Assembly: GCA_021108375.1 (NCBI GenBank)
Contig: JAIORA010000019.1
Span: forward strand, 5,660 to 69,659
Length of the DNA stretch: 64,000 nt
DNA from: Anaerohalosphaeraceae bacterium
GTDB taxonomy: Bacteria; Planctomycetota; Phycisphaerae; Sedimentisphaerales; UBA12454
Direction of reading: 5' to 3'
Below the pieces are notes generated by a model. The model was not told the origin of the DNA and did not search any database. It was given only the letters and a program-made list of their open reading frames with translations. Within the stretch, counting starts at the first letter, position 1. Each line of letters opens with the position of its first letter. Both the position numbers and the translations under genes were made by a program. This document shows positions 35,036 through 44,392 of this stretch, one piece after another.

Positions 35036-35864
35036 TAAAGGCGATTCGGATTGGAACAGGAATTTGTGTAAATTTCTTGATGTAGATATTATAAAGGCCA
35101 ACCTCGATGCGAAACTGCCCGGCAGAAAAATCCTCGTCTATAAATCCACCTCAAGCACAAATGATGTCGCGGTTGAGTATGCTAAGGCCGGTAAGATAAA
35201 TAACGGGCTGGCGGTTTTTGCGGAGCGGCAGAGCAGCGGCAGGGGGCGAAGAGGTAATAAATGGCTCGGCGGAGATGGTAAGAGCTTGCTGTTTTCGGTA
35301 TTGCTGTTTGATATTGCTCTGGCTCTGGAGATGGTGACGCTTGTCTCGGCGGTGGCAGTTGCTCAGGCGATAGGAGAATTTAGCCCGGTGCGGTGCGGTA
35401 TTAAATGGCCTAACGATATAATTGTCGGCACAAAGAAATTAGGGGGTATATTGTTGGAGTCCTTCAGTCAAAATGGGAAGGGCAATAATTATATTATAGG
35501 AGTAGGGATTAACTGTTGTCAGAGCCAGGCCGATTTTGATGAGGAAATTGCAGAAATCGCAACGAGTATAAAAATTGAGAGCGGGCAAAATTGCGACAGG
35601 AACTTTCTCGCAGCGAAACTGATAAATAATCTTGAAAAATGGCTGGAAGCCGCAAAGGCTGACCCGCAGCAAGTGCTTGTGAGGTGGCAGCAGATGAGCA
35701 GACTTCTCGGCAGGAGGGTTCGGCTTGAGTGCGACCGTAAAGAGTTTGTCGGAATCTGCACGGGAATTGACCCTGTTGAGGGACTTGTTTTGCAGCTTGA
35801 AAGGGGCGGGGTGAGACTGTTTAACGCATCGCATACGACAGTTATTGCTTATGGGAACCTCTAA
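35025..35864 (+). CDS. birA: biotin--[acetyl-CoA-carboxylase] ligase
   Basis: The GRGRRGNKW signature, KWPNDI and a C-terminal BPL_C-like segment. The GTG start at 35025 lies inside a repeat hairpin, so the true start is uncertain. An in-frame TTG near 35064 is possible. Confidence 0.85.
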   Translation: MQGAKGDSDWNRNLCKFLDVDIIKANLDAKLPGRKILVYKSTSSTNDVAVEYAKAGKINNGLAVFAERQSSGRGRRGNKWLGGDGKSLLFSVLLFDIALALEMVTLVSAVAVAQAIGEFSPVRCGIKWPNDIIVGTKKLGGILLESFSQNGKGNNYIIGVGINCCQSQADFDEEIAEIATSIKIESGQNCDRNFLAAKLINNLEKWLEAAKADPQQVLVRWQQMSRLLGRRVRLECDRKEFVGICTGIDPVEGLVLQLERGGVRLFNASHTTVIAYGNL

Positions 35865-36455
35865 AAATTCAGCCACAGAGTTTTTAGACACAGATTAACA
35901 CAGATTTTCACAGATTATTTTAACCGCGGATTTCGCGGATTACACTGATTTTAAAAAAGTAAAAAGATGGATTCCCGCTCTCGCGGGAATGACAAAAAAA
36001 TAGTTATGAGTTTTGAGTCCTTAGTTTTGAGTTGAGGAATCCCGATAAATCGGGATGGACTTTTAAACACTGATTTCGCAGATTGTACTGATTTAAAAAA
36101 ACAAATAGCCACAGAGAACACAGAGAGTTACAGAGGGAAAAATATAAAGGATTGAGATTGCCACGGCGATTTTCAATCGTCTCGCAATGACAAAAAGTAT
36201 TCCGGCGACTTACGTCGCTCGGCTTCTATACGATGGGAAAATGATAAACAATTTGCAGGTACCCATAGGGCAAGACCCATTCGGCTTCGCTCAGGGCAGG
36301 CTCTACGGGCTAATGGCAAATGTAAGATGCAAACCATTCGCAAAACAAAACCCCCTCATAGTGATGAGGGGGCTAAACGGTTCGGTCGTGCCGACTGAGG
36401 CTAAACACAATGACAACGACCTTATCCGGCAGCTTCCGCTGCTCGGCTGCTAACG
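35865..36455 (-). repeat. mosaic intergenic repeat zone 11 (reverse orientation)
   Basis: CRCNGATT iterations, ggattcccgctctcgcgggaatgaca, agttttgagtccttagttttgagttgaggaatcccgataaatcggga, gattgccacgg...ctcgcaatgaca, several GGCTAA hairpins and ccggcagcttccgctgctcggctgcta. Confidence 0.9.
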
Positions 36456-36521
36456 GTGGGTAATGCCTAAACAAACCGGCTATATCGGCATATTCATATC
36501 GAGAACCGATTTCAGTTTTTT

Positions 36522-36550
36522 ATTGACTGTCATCAAGGTTTAACTTAGAT
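36522..36550 (+). promoter_or_regulatory. sigma-70-like promoter for the DUF502-hpf-ptsN-ptsH-ptsI cluster
   Basis: TTGACT, a 17-nt spacer, then TAGATT, ~120 nt upstream of the ATG at 36669. Confidence 0.5.
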
Positions 36551-36668
36551 TAAACTCAATGAGACGTCCTATTTTGGGCGTTGTATCTGTGTTTAGTCTT
36601 GATAATGAAACGGGTTGGTCTGTCCGGCTCGGATAAAAAATAATTAAACGGATTGTAAGTCAGGGGTA

Positions 36669-37490
36669 ATGAAGCCTTTACGAAATTTTAAAAACTATTT
36701 TCTGCGTGGTTTGGCCGCGCTGTTGCCGACCATTCTAACGGTTTGGCTGTTCGTTCAACTTTACCTATTCCTCCACACTCACGTAAGTTCGCATATAAAT
36801 CGTGGTGTGGTAAGGGCTTTGGTCTATTCGTCCAGTTATTACCCCCATATCAGCCACGAGGAAGTGGTTGCCTACGCTAAAAGTGCAAATCCCGGACTGA
36901 TTGGCCAGGAAATCCAGATAATTAACGAGGCTGCTTCTGATAGTGATATGATTCGTCAGGCGCGCATAGCAAAGGCTGGAAAATTCTGGGTGCGTGGCAA
37001 GGGGCAAATCGCGGGTTTTCTGATAGCGTTTGTTGCGGTGATATTTGTTGGTGCTTTTCTGGCGAGCTTTTTGGGCCGAGCGATGTGGAAGATGTTTGAA
37101 CGCGCGGTTACGGGTTTGCCCATAATAAAAAGGATATATCCCAACATAAAACAGGTTACCGATTTTTTCTTTGCCCGTAAACAAATGTCGTTCAGCAAGG
37201 TTGTCGCGGTCGAGTATCCGAGGAAAGGCTGCTGGTCAATCGCGATGGTAACCGGGGCGGGGTTGAAGAAAATTACGGAAGGAAGCAAGAAAGAATATCT
37301 AACCGTTTTTGTGCCGACATCGCCGACACCTTTTACTGGGTATGTAATCGTTTTGCCCAAGAAAGAGACTGTTGAACTTGGGATGACGATAGAAGAGGCG
37401 TTGCGTTTTACGATAAGCGGCGGAGTTATTATGCCGGAAGAATTTAAAAATTATGAAGCTCAAAAGCAGGAAAGTTTACCTGATAATTAA
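36669..37490 (+). CDS. DUF502 domain-containing membrane protein
   Basis: 273 aa with N-terminal TM helices (LRGLAALLPTILTVWL). The conserved motif is FVPTSPTPFTGYVIVLPK, which follows the P..PnPtsG pattern. Confidence 0.75.
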   Translation: MKPLRNFKNYFLRGLAALLPTILTVWLFVQLYLFLHTHVSSHINRGVVRALVYSSSYYPHISHEEVVAYAKSANPGLIGQEIQIINEAASDSDMIRQARIAKAGKFWVRGKGQIAGFLIAFVAVIFVGAFLASFLGRAMWKMFERAVTGLPIIKRIYPNIKQVTDFFFARKQMSFSKVVAVEYPRKGCWSIAMVTGAGLKKITEGSKKEYLTVFVPTSPTPFTGYVIVLPKKETVELGMTIEEALRFTISGGVIMPEEFKNYEAQKQESLPDN

Positions 37491-37519
37491 TTGATAAAGC
37501 TGAAAAAGGAGTGTGTAAA

Positions 37520-37855
37520 TTGGAAATAACGTTTAGCGCTAAACATATTGAACTTACCGACGCAATCAGGATACTGATAGAGGATAAGGTTGCAAGGCTG
37601 CCTAAGTTTTACAACAGTCTCAATGGAATTGAAGTTGTTCTTGATGGCTCAGAAGGCGGCGGCAGCAGTGTTGAGATAATAGCCCGTGCAGAACACAGCA
37701 GGGTGTTTGTGGCAAAGGAAGTCGGGGCTGATATGTACGCCTGCGTGGATGAGGCTGTCAGAAAAGTTGAAAGGCAACTGTCCAGGCACAAAGAAAAGGA
37801 ACGCGATAATAAACATTCGGGCAGTCCGAATAAAATACCGATGTCCGATGAGTAA
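37520..37855 (+). CDS. hpf: ribosome hibernation-promoting factor / RaiA family (short HPF)
   Basis: (M)EITFSAKHIELTDAIRILIEDKVARLPKFY is the sigma-54 modulation protein/S30EA fold pattern. The TTG at 37520 lies 8 nt after AAAAGGAG. The track uses the GTG at 37511. Confidence 0.8.
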   Translation: MEITFSAKHIELTDAIRILIEDKVARLPKFYNSLNGIEVVLDGSEGGGSSVEIIARAEHSRVFVAKEVGADMYACVDEAVRKVERQLSRHKEKERDNKHSGSPNKIPMSDE

Positions 37856-37931
37856 TAAAAACGGGATTTACGAGCTGGATTAAACGTCCGTAAAAAGTCA
37901 TACGAGAAGTTTTGAAGAATTTGGAGCTGAT

Positions 37932-38402
37932 ATGAATATTGCTGAAGTTGTTTGTTCTAAGGCTATCGTTGCTAAACTTGAATCTGTCGAGCGTGATGAT
38001 GTTATAACCCAGCTTGCCGGTGCTCTTGTCGAGGCAGGGGCGATACCGAAGACTAAACGGACAGAGATAGTCGGGGCGGTAATCGAGCGTGAAAATGAGG
38101 CCAGTACCGGCATAGGCAAAGGTGTTGCTGTGCCGCATATAAAACACAAGTCAATTAAAAATGCAGTTGCGGCAATTGGCATCAGTCAGGGAGGGATAGA
38201 TTTTTCTTCGCTCGACAAACAGCCGGTTTATACGGTTATTTTGTTAGTGAGTCCGACAGAGAGCCAGCAGCATTTAGAGGCGATGGAAACTATTTTTGAA
38301 CGGCTTCAGAATGATAATTTCAGGAAATTTCTGGCCCAGTCGAAATCTGTTGAGCAGATAGAAGAATTGCTTAAAGAGATAGACGAAAATCCTTCGCTGT
38401 AA
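37932..38402 (+). CDS. ptsN: PTS IIA-Ntr type protein (PtsN, fructose/mannitol-family EIIA)
   Basis: 156 aa. The phosphorylation-site context is GIGKGVAVPHIKH. It follows hpf, as in rpoN-region operons. Confidence 0.85.
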   Translation: MNIAEVVCSKAIVAKLESVERDDVITQLAGALVEAGAIPKTKRTEIVGAVIERENEASTGIGKGVAVPHIKHKSIKNAVAAIGISQGGIDFSSLDKQPVYTVILLVSPTESQQHLEAMETIFERLQNDNFRKFLAQSKSVEQIEELLKEIDENPSL

Positions 38403-38465
38403 CAAAACTTGAGAGGTTTTAAATAGTTTAATCTATTGCTGTAATAAAGTTTGAGAGGTTTTAGA

Positions 38466-38756
38466 TTGCCCCGAACCATTTTTGAAGATGAAATTGAAAT
38501 AAAGAATTCCAACGGACTTCATATGCGTCCGGCAATGCAGTTTGTGGATTTGGCCAGCCAGTATGAAAGCGATATTCAGGTGAGTAACGGCTCAACCAAA
38601 GTTGATGGCAAGAGCATAATGCAGATGGCGATGCTGGCGGCAACGGTTGGGACGAAACTTCAGATAAAAGCGTCCGGCTCTGATGGCGGTGAAGCAATAA
38701 AGGCTCTTAAGGAACTGGTTGAGGTACAGTTGTTTGATGAGTCTCATACCATTTAG
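38466..38756 (+). CDS. ptsH: HPr family phosphocarrier protein (HPr/NPr)
   Basis: GLHMRPA (the His-15 site) and GKSIMQMAMLAA (the Ser-46 region). There is no in-frame ATG. The TTG at 38466 follows GAGAGG by 7 nt, and the TTG at 38451 is an alternative start. Confidence 0.85.
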   Translation: MPRTIFEDEIEIKNSNGLHMRPAMQFVDLASQYESDIQVSNGSTKVDGKSIMQMAMLAATVGTKLQIKASGSDGGEAIKALKELVEVQLFDESHTI

Positions 38757-38900
38757 GGTAATGTGCGTTGCGGACGGGATAGGACATATGTAAACGCGAA
38801 CCCCCCTAAAGCGTGAGAGGAGGCTAATCGGCGATGTGGACGGGATAGAAAATTTGCAAGTACCCGCAGGGCAAGACCTACGGGCTAAACAAACTCGCAG
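38757..38900 (-). repeat. repeat zone 12 (reverse orientation) inside the ptsH-ptsI spacer
   Basis: gaacccccctaaagcgtgagaggaggctaa and gtacccgcagggcaagacctacgggctaa hairpins, with gggatag.a.a..tg linkers. Confidence 0.85.
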
Positions 38901-38924
38901 GGAAGTTAAAACGAGAAAGATGTA

Positions 38925-40658
38925 ATGGAGATTAAAAAAGGGATAGCTGTTTCGCCGGGCATTGCGATAGCAAAGGCCCTTGTGATTGACGCAGAAGACT
39001 ACCGAATACCGAGACGGTCTATTCTGGCTTCGGCCAAGGTTGGCGAAGTTAAAAAAGTGCGAGAAGCCTTTCGCAAAGCAGTGGCTGAATTGGAAAAGAC
39101 CGATTCCCAAAGTCTTGCGGAAAGTAAAATAAAGGACATCTTTGCAGTTCATCTGCGTTTTTTGCGCGACAGAAGTCTACGAAAGAAAATTACCGACCTT
39201 GTATATAACGACCTCCTGACCGCTGAGTATGCAGTCTCAACAACACTTCGTGATATCGCTAATCACTTCGCGTCGGTTCAGGATGCCTACATAAGTGAAC
39301 GTGCCGCTGATATTTATGATATTGAAAAGCGTTTGCTTAAACATCTTCTCGGCAAAAAGAGAGAGGATGCTGAGCATATCAGTTATGAGGTTGTGGTAAT
39401 TGCTCACGAGCTTAGTCCTACGCAGACAGCCAGCTTTGACCGTTCTTTTATTAAAGGTTTTGCCACCGATGCTGGTGGCAGAACGAGTCATACCGCTATC
39501 GTTGCCAGGTCGTTGGGCATACCGGCAGTTGTCGGCCTTGAAAATGTTACGAGTAACGTCAACCCGGCGGCAATGGTTATTATCGATGGCAATCGCGGCG
39601 TTGTAGTTATAGACCCTGACGCGGCTACGCTTAAACAGTACGAAGAATATGCTATCGAATTTGTCAGGCTTGAGCACGAGCTGGATTCTCTGCGAGATTT
39701 GGACGCAATTACCAGAGACGGTGTTGAGATTAAACTGCTGGGTAATATCGAATTTCCTTCCGAAGCTGAAATGATTATCGATAAAGGCGGACACGGGATA
39801 GGTCTTTATCGAACGGAATTTTTGTATCTTAACAGTGAAACCGAGCCGACCGAAAAAGACCACTATGACGCTTACAGTCAGGTAGTTAAGACTCTCGGAA
39901 ATATGCCTGTAATAATAAGGACGATGGACTTAGGGGCTGATAAATATACTCAAAGCAGAAGATTTGTCAGGGAGCCGAACCCGTTTCTCGGATTGCGTTC
40001 AATAAGGTTCTGTTTGCAGAATCTTATGATGTTTAAGACGCAGCTGCGTGCGATTTTGCGGGCATCGGTACTGGGTGATTTGAGAATAATGTTTCCGCTT
40101 GTCAGTAGTCTGCACGAATTGCGTCAGGCGAAGATGATTTTGCGGGATGTAATGGAAGACCTCGACGAAGATAGCATAGCTTATAATGCTGATGTTCCAA
40201 TCGGTATTATGATAGAGACACCATCCGCTGCGCTTACGGCAAATATACTTGCAACTGAAAGTGATTTTTTCAGTATCGGAACGAACGACCTGATTCAATA
40301 TACACTTGCGGTTGACCGTGGAAACGAGAGAGTGTCAACCTTGTATTCCGGGGCTGACCCGGCTGTATTGCAATTGCTGCGGAGTGTTATTCACGATGCC
40401 AGCAAGGCTCGTATAAGTGTAAGTCTATGCGGAGAAATGGCATCGGAGCCTGAATATGTGATGATGCTGCTTGGGCTGGGCTTTAGAACCTTTTCGCTTG
40501 CTACGCCTATGATACCGGAAATTAAGAAGCTCGTAAGGTCGGTAACGATTGAATCGTGTAATGCCCTTGCTCGCAAAGTACTCGGTATGAATTCCGAGCG
40601 GGAAGTAACTAACTATATCAGGAATGCGGCGATTAAAGTTCTGCCGGAAGTTTTCTAA
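38925..40658 (+). CDS. ptsI: phosphoenolpyruvate-protein phosphotransferase (PTS enzyme I)
   Basis: 577 aa. The active-site region is GGRTSHTAIVARSLGIPAVVG. The PEP-utilising TIM-barrel motifs are GIGLYRTEFL and SIGTNDLIQY. There is no N-terminal GAF domain. Confidence 0.95.
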   Translation: MEIKKGIAVSPGIAIAKALVIDAEDYRIPRRSILASAKVGEVKKVREAFRKAVAELEKTDSQSLAESKIKDIFAVHLRFLRDRSLRKKITDLVYNDLLTAEYAVSTTLRDIANHFASVQDAYISERAADIYDIEKRLLKHLLGKKREDAEHISYEVVVIAHELSPTQTASFDRSFIKGFATDAGGRTSHTAIVARSLGIPAVVGLENVTSNVNPAAMVIIDGNRGVVVIDPDAATLKQYEEYAIEFVRLEHELDSLRDLDAITRDGVEIKLLGNIEFPSEAEMIIDKGGHGIGLYRTEFLYLNSETEPTEKDHYDAYSQVVKTLGNMPVIIRTMDLGADKYTQSRRFVREPNPFLGLRSIRFCLQNLMMFKTQLRAILRASVLGDLRIMFPLVSSLHELRQAKMILRDVMEDLDEDSIAYNADVPIGIMIETPSAALTANILATESDFFSIGTNDLIQYTLAVDRGNERVSTLYSGADPAVLQLLRSVIHDASKARISVSLCGEMASEPEYVMMLLGLGFRTFSLATPMIPEIKKLVRSVTIESCNALARKVLGMNSEREVTNYIRNAAIKVLPEVF

Positions 40659-41045
40659 GAAACTGATTAACTAAAAGATAGTCACAGAGATACATAAATA
40701 GTTTTGAGTTTAGGTCTCGGCCTAACGGGCGAAATGATTTTATTTTTTTGGACACGAATTAACACGGATTGCACAGATTAAAAAACAAGATACAAAAAAA
40801 TGGATTCCCGCTTTCGCGGGAATGACAAAAAAAATTAGACACGGATTAACACGGATTGTTTTAACCGCGGATTTCGCGGATTTAAAAAAAAGTGAGAAAG
40901 CAAAGTAAACTGTAACCCCCTGATGAATCAGGGGGCTAACTAACTCGGTCGTGCCGGCCGAGGCTAAACAAATCCGCAGGGCAAGACCCGTTCGGCCTTG
41001 CTCAGGGCGGGCTCTACGGGCTAATTAGTGATGGGAAAGGGATGG
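40659..41045 (-). repeat. mosaic intergenic repeat zone 13 (reverse orientation)
   Basis: agttttgagtttaggtctcggcctaacgggcg, cacgaattaacacggattgcacagatt, ggattcccgctttcgcgggaatgaca, taaccccctgatgaatcagggggctaa, cggtcgtgccggccgaggctaa and ccgcagggcaagacccgttcgg...ctctacgggctaa. Confidence 0.9.
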
Positions 41046-41141
41046 ACAATATGCAGGTACAAATCCCGATGAATCAGGAAGATTTGTGAAGGAGTTTTTC
41101 AAATAAGTCAAATACGCCAAACTCTGGTTGGCAGATTTCAA

Positions 41142-41783
41142 ATGTCAGGCAATTTAAAATTTTTGTCTCATCAGGAAACTGTTAAAGTCATTGGAACCGC
41201 TTTGCTTCGTGCCGGGATAAACCAGGTTTACAGCGAAGGCTTTAACCCGCGTCCGAGACTTTCTTTGCCTTTGCCAAGAACGGTTGGTATCGAATCTCAG
41301 GATGATATATTTAGTGTTCAGATTTTTGCTGAGCCTAATAAACTCGATAAAAGAAAACAGAGCAGCGATTTTACGGAGTCGATTGGCAGGCAGTTGCCAG
41401 ATGGGTGTCGATTGTCTTCGGTTGAAATTTATGACGGCAAGGCCGGTTTTGCTGCCACCGGCGTTTCGTATGAATTTAGTGTTAAGGGTGAGTTTAAGGA
41501 TTTGTTGAAGTCGAAGGTTGCTGAGCTTTGCGACAGGCTTGGTTCAGGAGAGGATATTGTTCTTGAGCGCATAACAGATGCCAAGGGCAGGACGAAAAAA
41601 GTAAACGTGGGCAATTATATCGAATCGGTAAATTGTAGCGGATGTGTTGTTTTATCGCAGTGCAGAATAACGCCCGGCGGGACTGTTCGGCCAGACGAAA
41701 TAATTTGGCTTTTGGGAATAGAGCCAGAAATGATGGATTCTGCAATAGTAAGAAAAAATGTTCAATGGCAAATTAAAAACTAA
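41142..41783 (+). CDS. DUF2344 (TIGR03936-like, radical-SAM-linked) protein
   Basis: LKFLSHQETVKVIGTALLRAGINQVYSEGFNPRPRLSLPLPRTVGIES matches the family N-terminal pattern (rflSHld....RA.lp...S.GFnP.P). The frame is open upstream, so the true start may lie earlier. Confidence 0.7.
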   Translation: MSGNLKFLSHQETVKVIGTALLRAGINQVYSEGFNPRPRLSLPLPRTVGIESQDDIFSVQIFAEPNKLDKRKQSSDFTESIGRQLPDGCRLSSVEIYDGKAGFAATGVSYEFSVKGEFKDLLKSKVAELCDRLGSGEDIVLERITDAKGRTKKVNVGNYIESVNCSGCVVLSQCRITPGGTVRPDEIIWLLGIEPEMMDSAIVRKNVQWQIKN

Positions 41784-41837
41784 TTGCCATTGCAATCAAT
41801 ATAAGAAGAGGTTTTAGCAGTGTAAGGGATAGAAAAT

Positions 41838-43370
41838 ATGTCAATAGAAATGGTAGTAAATTATTCAGAGGGGCAGGAGTGTCGAGTCGCAATTGTTGAT
41901 TCCGGCTCGTTAGAGGAGTTGTATATTGAAAGACCTTCCTCTTCCGGACACGTTGGCAGTATTTATAAGGGCAAGGTCGTCAATGTTGAGCCTGGGATAC
42001 AGGCGGCGTTTGTGGATTTTGGGTCGGGCAAAAACGGTTTTTTGCATATAAGCGATTTGCATCCGAAATACTTTACTCGCAAAGGCGCAAAGTGTACCGA
42101 AAATATAGGCAAAAGAAAATCGCTGAAAGACCGCCCGCCGATACAGCAGTGCCTTAAAAAAGGGCAGGAACTTATAGTGCAGGTTACCAAAGAGGGTATC
42201 AACACCAAAGGGCCCACGATGACGACTTATCTGGCTTTGCCGGGCAAGTATATCGTTATGATGCCCTGGATGCACAAACTTGGAGTTTCGCAAAAGATTG
42301 AAGACGAAGAGGAGAGGGCTCGGCTTAAAGATATTCTTGAGAGCATAGATATTCCTGAGAAAGCGGGCTTTATTCTCAGGACGGCTGCTTCGGGTTGTTC
42401 AAAGCGGGAAATTCAAAGGGATATATCTTATATATCGAGGCTTTGGAAAGCGATAAGCAAACGGATTGATAAGGTCAGTACTCCTGCGGAATTGTACAAG
42501 GAATCGGACTTGATTATTCGTGTGATGCGGGATATTTTCAGCAGCAATATAAGCAAAATTGTCTGCGACAACGAATCGGTCGCTAAGAAAATTCGAGATT
42601 TTCTTGGTATCGTTCAGCCCCGTATGAAAAAACGCGTCAGCTTTTATGAAAGCAAGGTGCCGTTATTTCATAAGTACAAAGTAGAAGGAGAAATAAGTAA
42701 GATACAGATGCGTCAGGTGAAACTCAAAAGCGGCGGTTCTATTGTTATTGAGCAGACAGAGGCTCTGGTTGCTATCGATGTTAACAGCGGCAAATATCGC
42801 AAGCATTCAAACGCTGAGCAGACAGCCCTGAAGATTAATGTCGAAGCTGCCAACGAGATAGCACGTCAGCTCAAACTCAGAGATTTGGGCGGGTTGATAA
42901 TATGCGACTTTATCGATATGCGGGACAACAAAAATCGCAGAGAGGTTGAAAAAGTTTTCCGCGCAGCTCTGAAAAACGACAAGGCTCGCAGCAGAATTCT
43001 GAAGATAAGCAGTTTCGGCATAATAGAAATGACAAGGCAGAGGATGCGGCCTTCGCTTCAGTACAGCACGTTTCTCAGGTGCCCGCATTGCAGCGGTACG
43101 GGTATGATTAAGAGCTATGAATCGATAGCGATAGAAGTTCTCAGGGCGATGAATACGGCCTCGGCAGTGAAAGAAATAAAACTGATAGAGGTTTCGGTGA
43201 ATCCGGAAGTTGCCGAGTTTTTGCAGAACAGCAGAAGGGCGGCGATATTCAAAATAGAGGCCGATGAGCAAAAACAGATTGTTATTAAATCTGATGGGGC
43301 TTGTACCGCCGAGCAAAGTAATATAGTATGCTATGATGAACGTCAGGGTGTTGTTAAGTTTACCCATTAG
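41838..43370 (+). CDS. rng: ribonuclease E/G family (Rng-like)
   Basis: 510 aa. The S1 domain is GSIYKGKVVNVEPGIQAAFVDFGSGKNGFLHISD. The catalytic core is ALVAIDVNSG...LRDLGGLIICDFIDM, and the Zn-link is CPHCSGTG. Confidence 0.9.
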   Translation: MSIEMVVNYSEGQECRVAIVDSGSLEELYIERPSSSGHVGSIYKGKVVNVEPGIQAAFVDFGSGKNGFLHISDLHPKYFTRKGAKCTENIGKRKSLKDRPPIQQCLKKGQELIVQVTKEGINTKGPTMTTYLALPGKYIVMMPWMHKLGVSQKIEDEEERARLKDILESIDIPEKAGFILRTAASGCSKREIQRDISYISRLWKAISKRIDKVSTPAELYKESDLIIRVMRDIFSSNISKIVCDNESVAKKIRDFLGIVQPRMKKRVSFYESKVPLFHKYKVEGEISKIQMRQVKLKSGGSIVIEQTEALVAIDVNSGKYRKHSNAEQTALKINVEAANEIARQLKLRDLGGLIICDFIDMRDNKNRREVEKVFRAALKNDKARSRILKISSFGIIEMTRQRMRPSLQYSTFLRCPHCSGTGMIKSYESIAIEVLRAMNTASAVKEIKLIEVSVNPEVAEFLQNSRRAAIFKIEADEQKQIVIKSDGACTAEQSNIVCYDERQGVVKFTH

Positions 43371-43414
43371 AGTAATGTGCGTTGCGAGTGTGTTTGAAAT
43401 CGTGAGGTTTACAA

Positions 43415-44392
43415 ATGAAATTTGATATAGATTACGCGAAAAAAGTTATCGCCTCTGAGGGCAAAGCGGTTAGCAGTATGGCTGGACTTGTCGGGCCGCA
43501 ATTTGTCGCTGCCGCGGAGATGATATACAACTGCCAAGGTTCGGTTATAGTCTCAGGCATAGGCAAAGCAGGAATTATCGGCCAGAAAATCAGCGCAACA
43601 ATGGCATCAACTGGTACGCCGAGCCATTTTCTGCATCCGGCTGAAGCTATTCACGGCGACCTCGGCAAGCTGAGAAAAAAAGATATTTTGCTGATTCTCA
43701 GTTATGGCGGTGAAACCGACGAGGTAATTCGGCTGATTAATATGGTAAAACAGCTCGAAGTGAAAATGATAGCGATTACTGGCGATGATGAATCTCGTCT
43801 GGCTGAGCATAGTGATGTGGTTTTGTGTATGGGCAAACTCGATGAGGCGTGTCCGCTGGGAGTTGCTCCAAGTGTTTCCACGACCTGTATGCTGGCTGTT
43901 GGAGATGCGCTGGCGCTGATGGTTATGAAGGCTCGCAAGTTTAGCGTTGAAGATTATGCCAGATTCCATCCGGGCGGTTCGCTGGGTGCAAGGCTGATTA
44001 CAGTCGAGCAGTCGATGATGTTCAAGTCGAATGAAAAACTGCCGCTTGCCAATGTCGATGACACCATTGGAGAGATGATAGAAAAGAGCAAGTTGGTTAA
44101 AAGGCACGGTGCGGTTATGACGGTCGATGCTCAGGGCAGGCTTGCCGGGATATTGACCGATGCGGATTTGAGGAGGCTGTTTTCAGAAAAACTCGGCGAT
44201 GCTTTTTCGTGTAAGGTTGCTGACGTTATGACAAGCGGCTGCAAACGAATAAATAAAAGCGCTCTCGCTTCTGAAGCGATGGCGATTTTTCATAAGCACA
44301 GAATCGATGATTTGCCGGTAGTCGATGATGATGACAGGCCGATTGGAATGATAGATGTTCAGGATATTGTGGCTATTAAGATTGTCGGGTGA
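43415..44392 (+). CDS. kdsD: arabinose-5-phosphate isomerase (KpsF/GutQ/KdsD; SIS + tandem CBS)
   Basis: SIS motif VSGIGKAGIIGQKISATMASTGTPS and FHPGGSLG, followed by two CBS domains. Confidence 0.9.
   Translation: MKFDIDYAKKVIASEGKAVSSMAGLVGPQFVAAAEMIYNCQGSVIVSGIGKAGIIGQKISATMASTGTPSHFLHPAEAIHGDLGKLRKKDILLILSYGGETDEVIRLINMVKQLEVKMIAITGDDESRLAEHSDVVLCMGKLDEACPLGVAPSVSTTCMLAVGDALALMVMKARKFSVEDYARFHPGGSLGARLITVEQSMMFKSNEKLPLANVDDTIGEMIEKSKLVKRHGAVMTVDAQGRLAGILTDADLRRLFSEKLGDAFSCKVADVMTSGCKRINKSALASEAMAIFHKHRIDDLPVVDDDDRPIGMIDVQDIVAIKIVG

Noticed and set aside
38409-38463. A 13-nt direct duplication, ttgagaggtttta, at 38409-38421 and 38451-38463 in front of the HPr gene.
   Set aside because: It is most simply a small tandem duplication of the ptsH ribosome-binding/start region, and the first copy runs straight into a stop codon. 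It is too short to argue for any function. It is relevant only to choosing the ptsH start.
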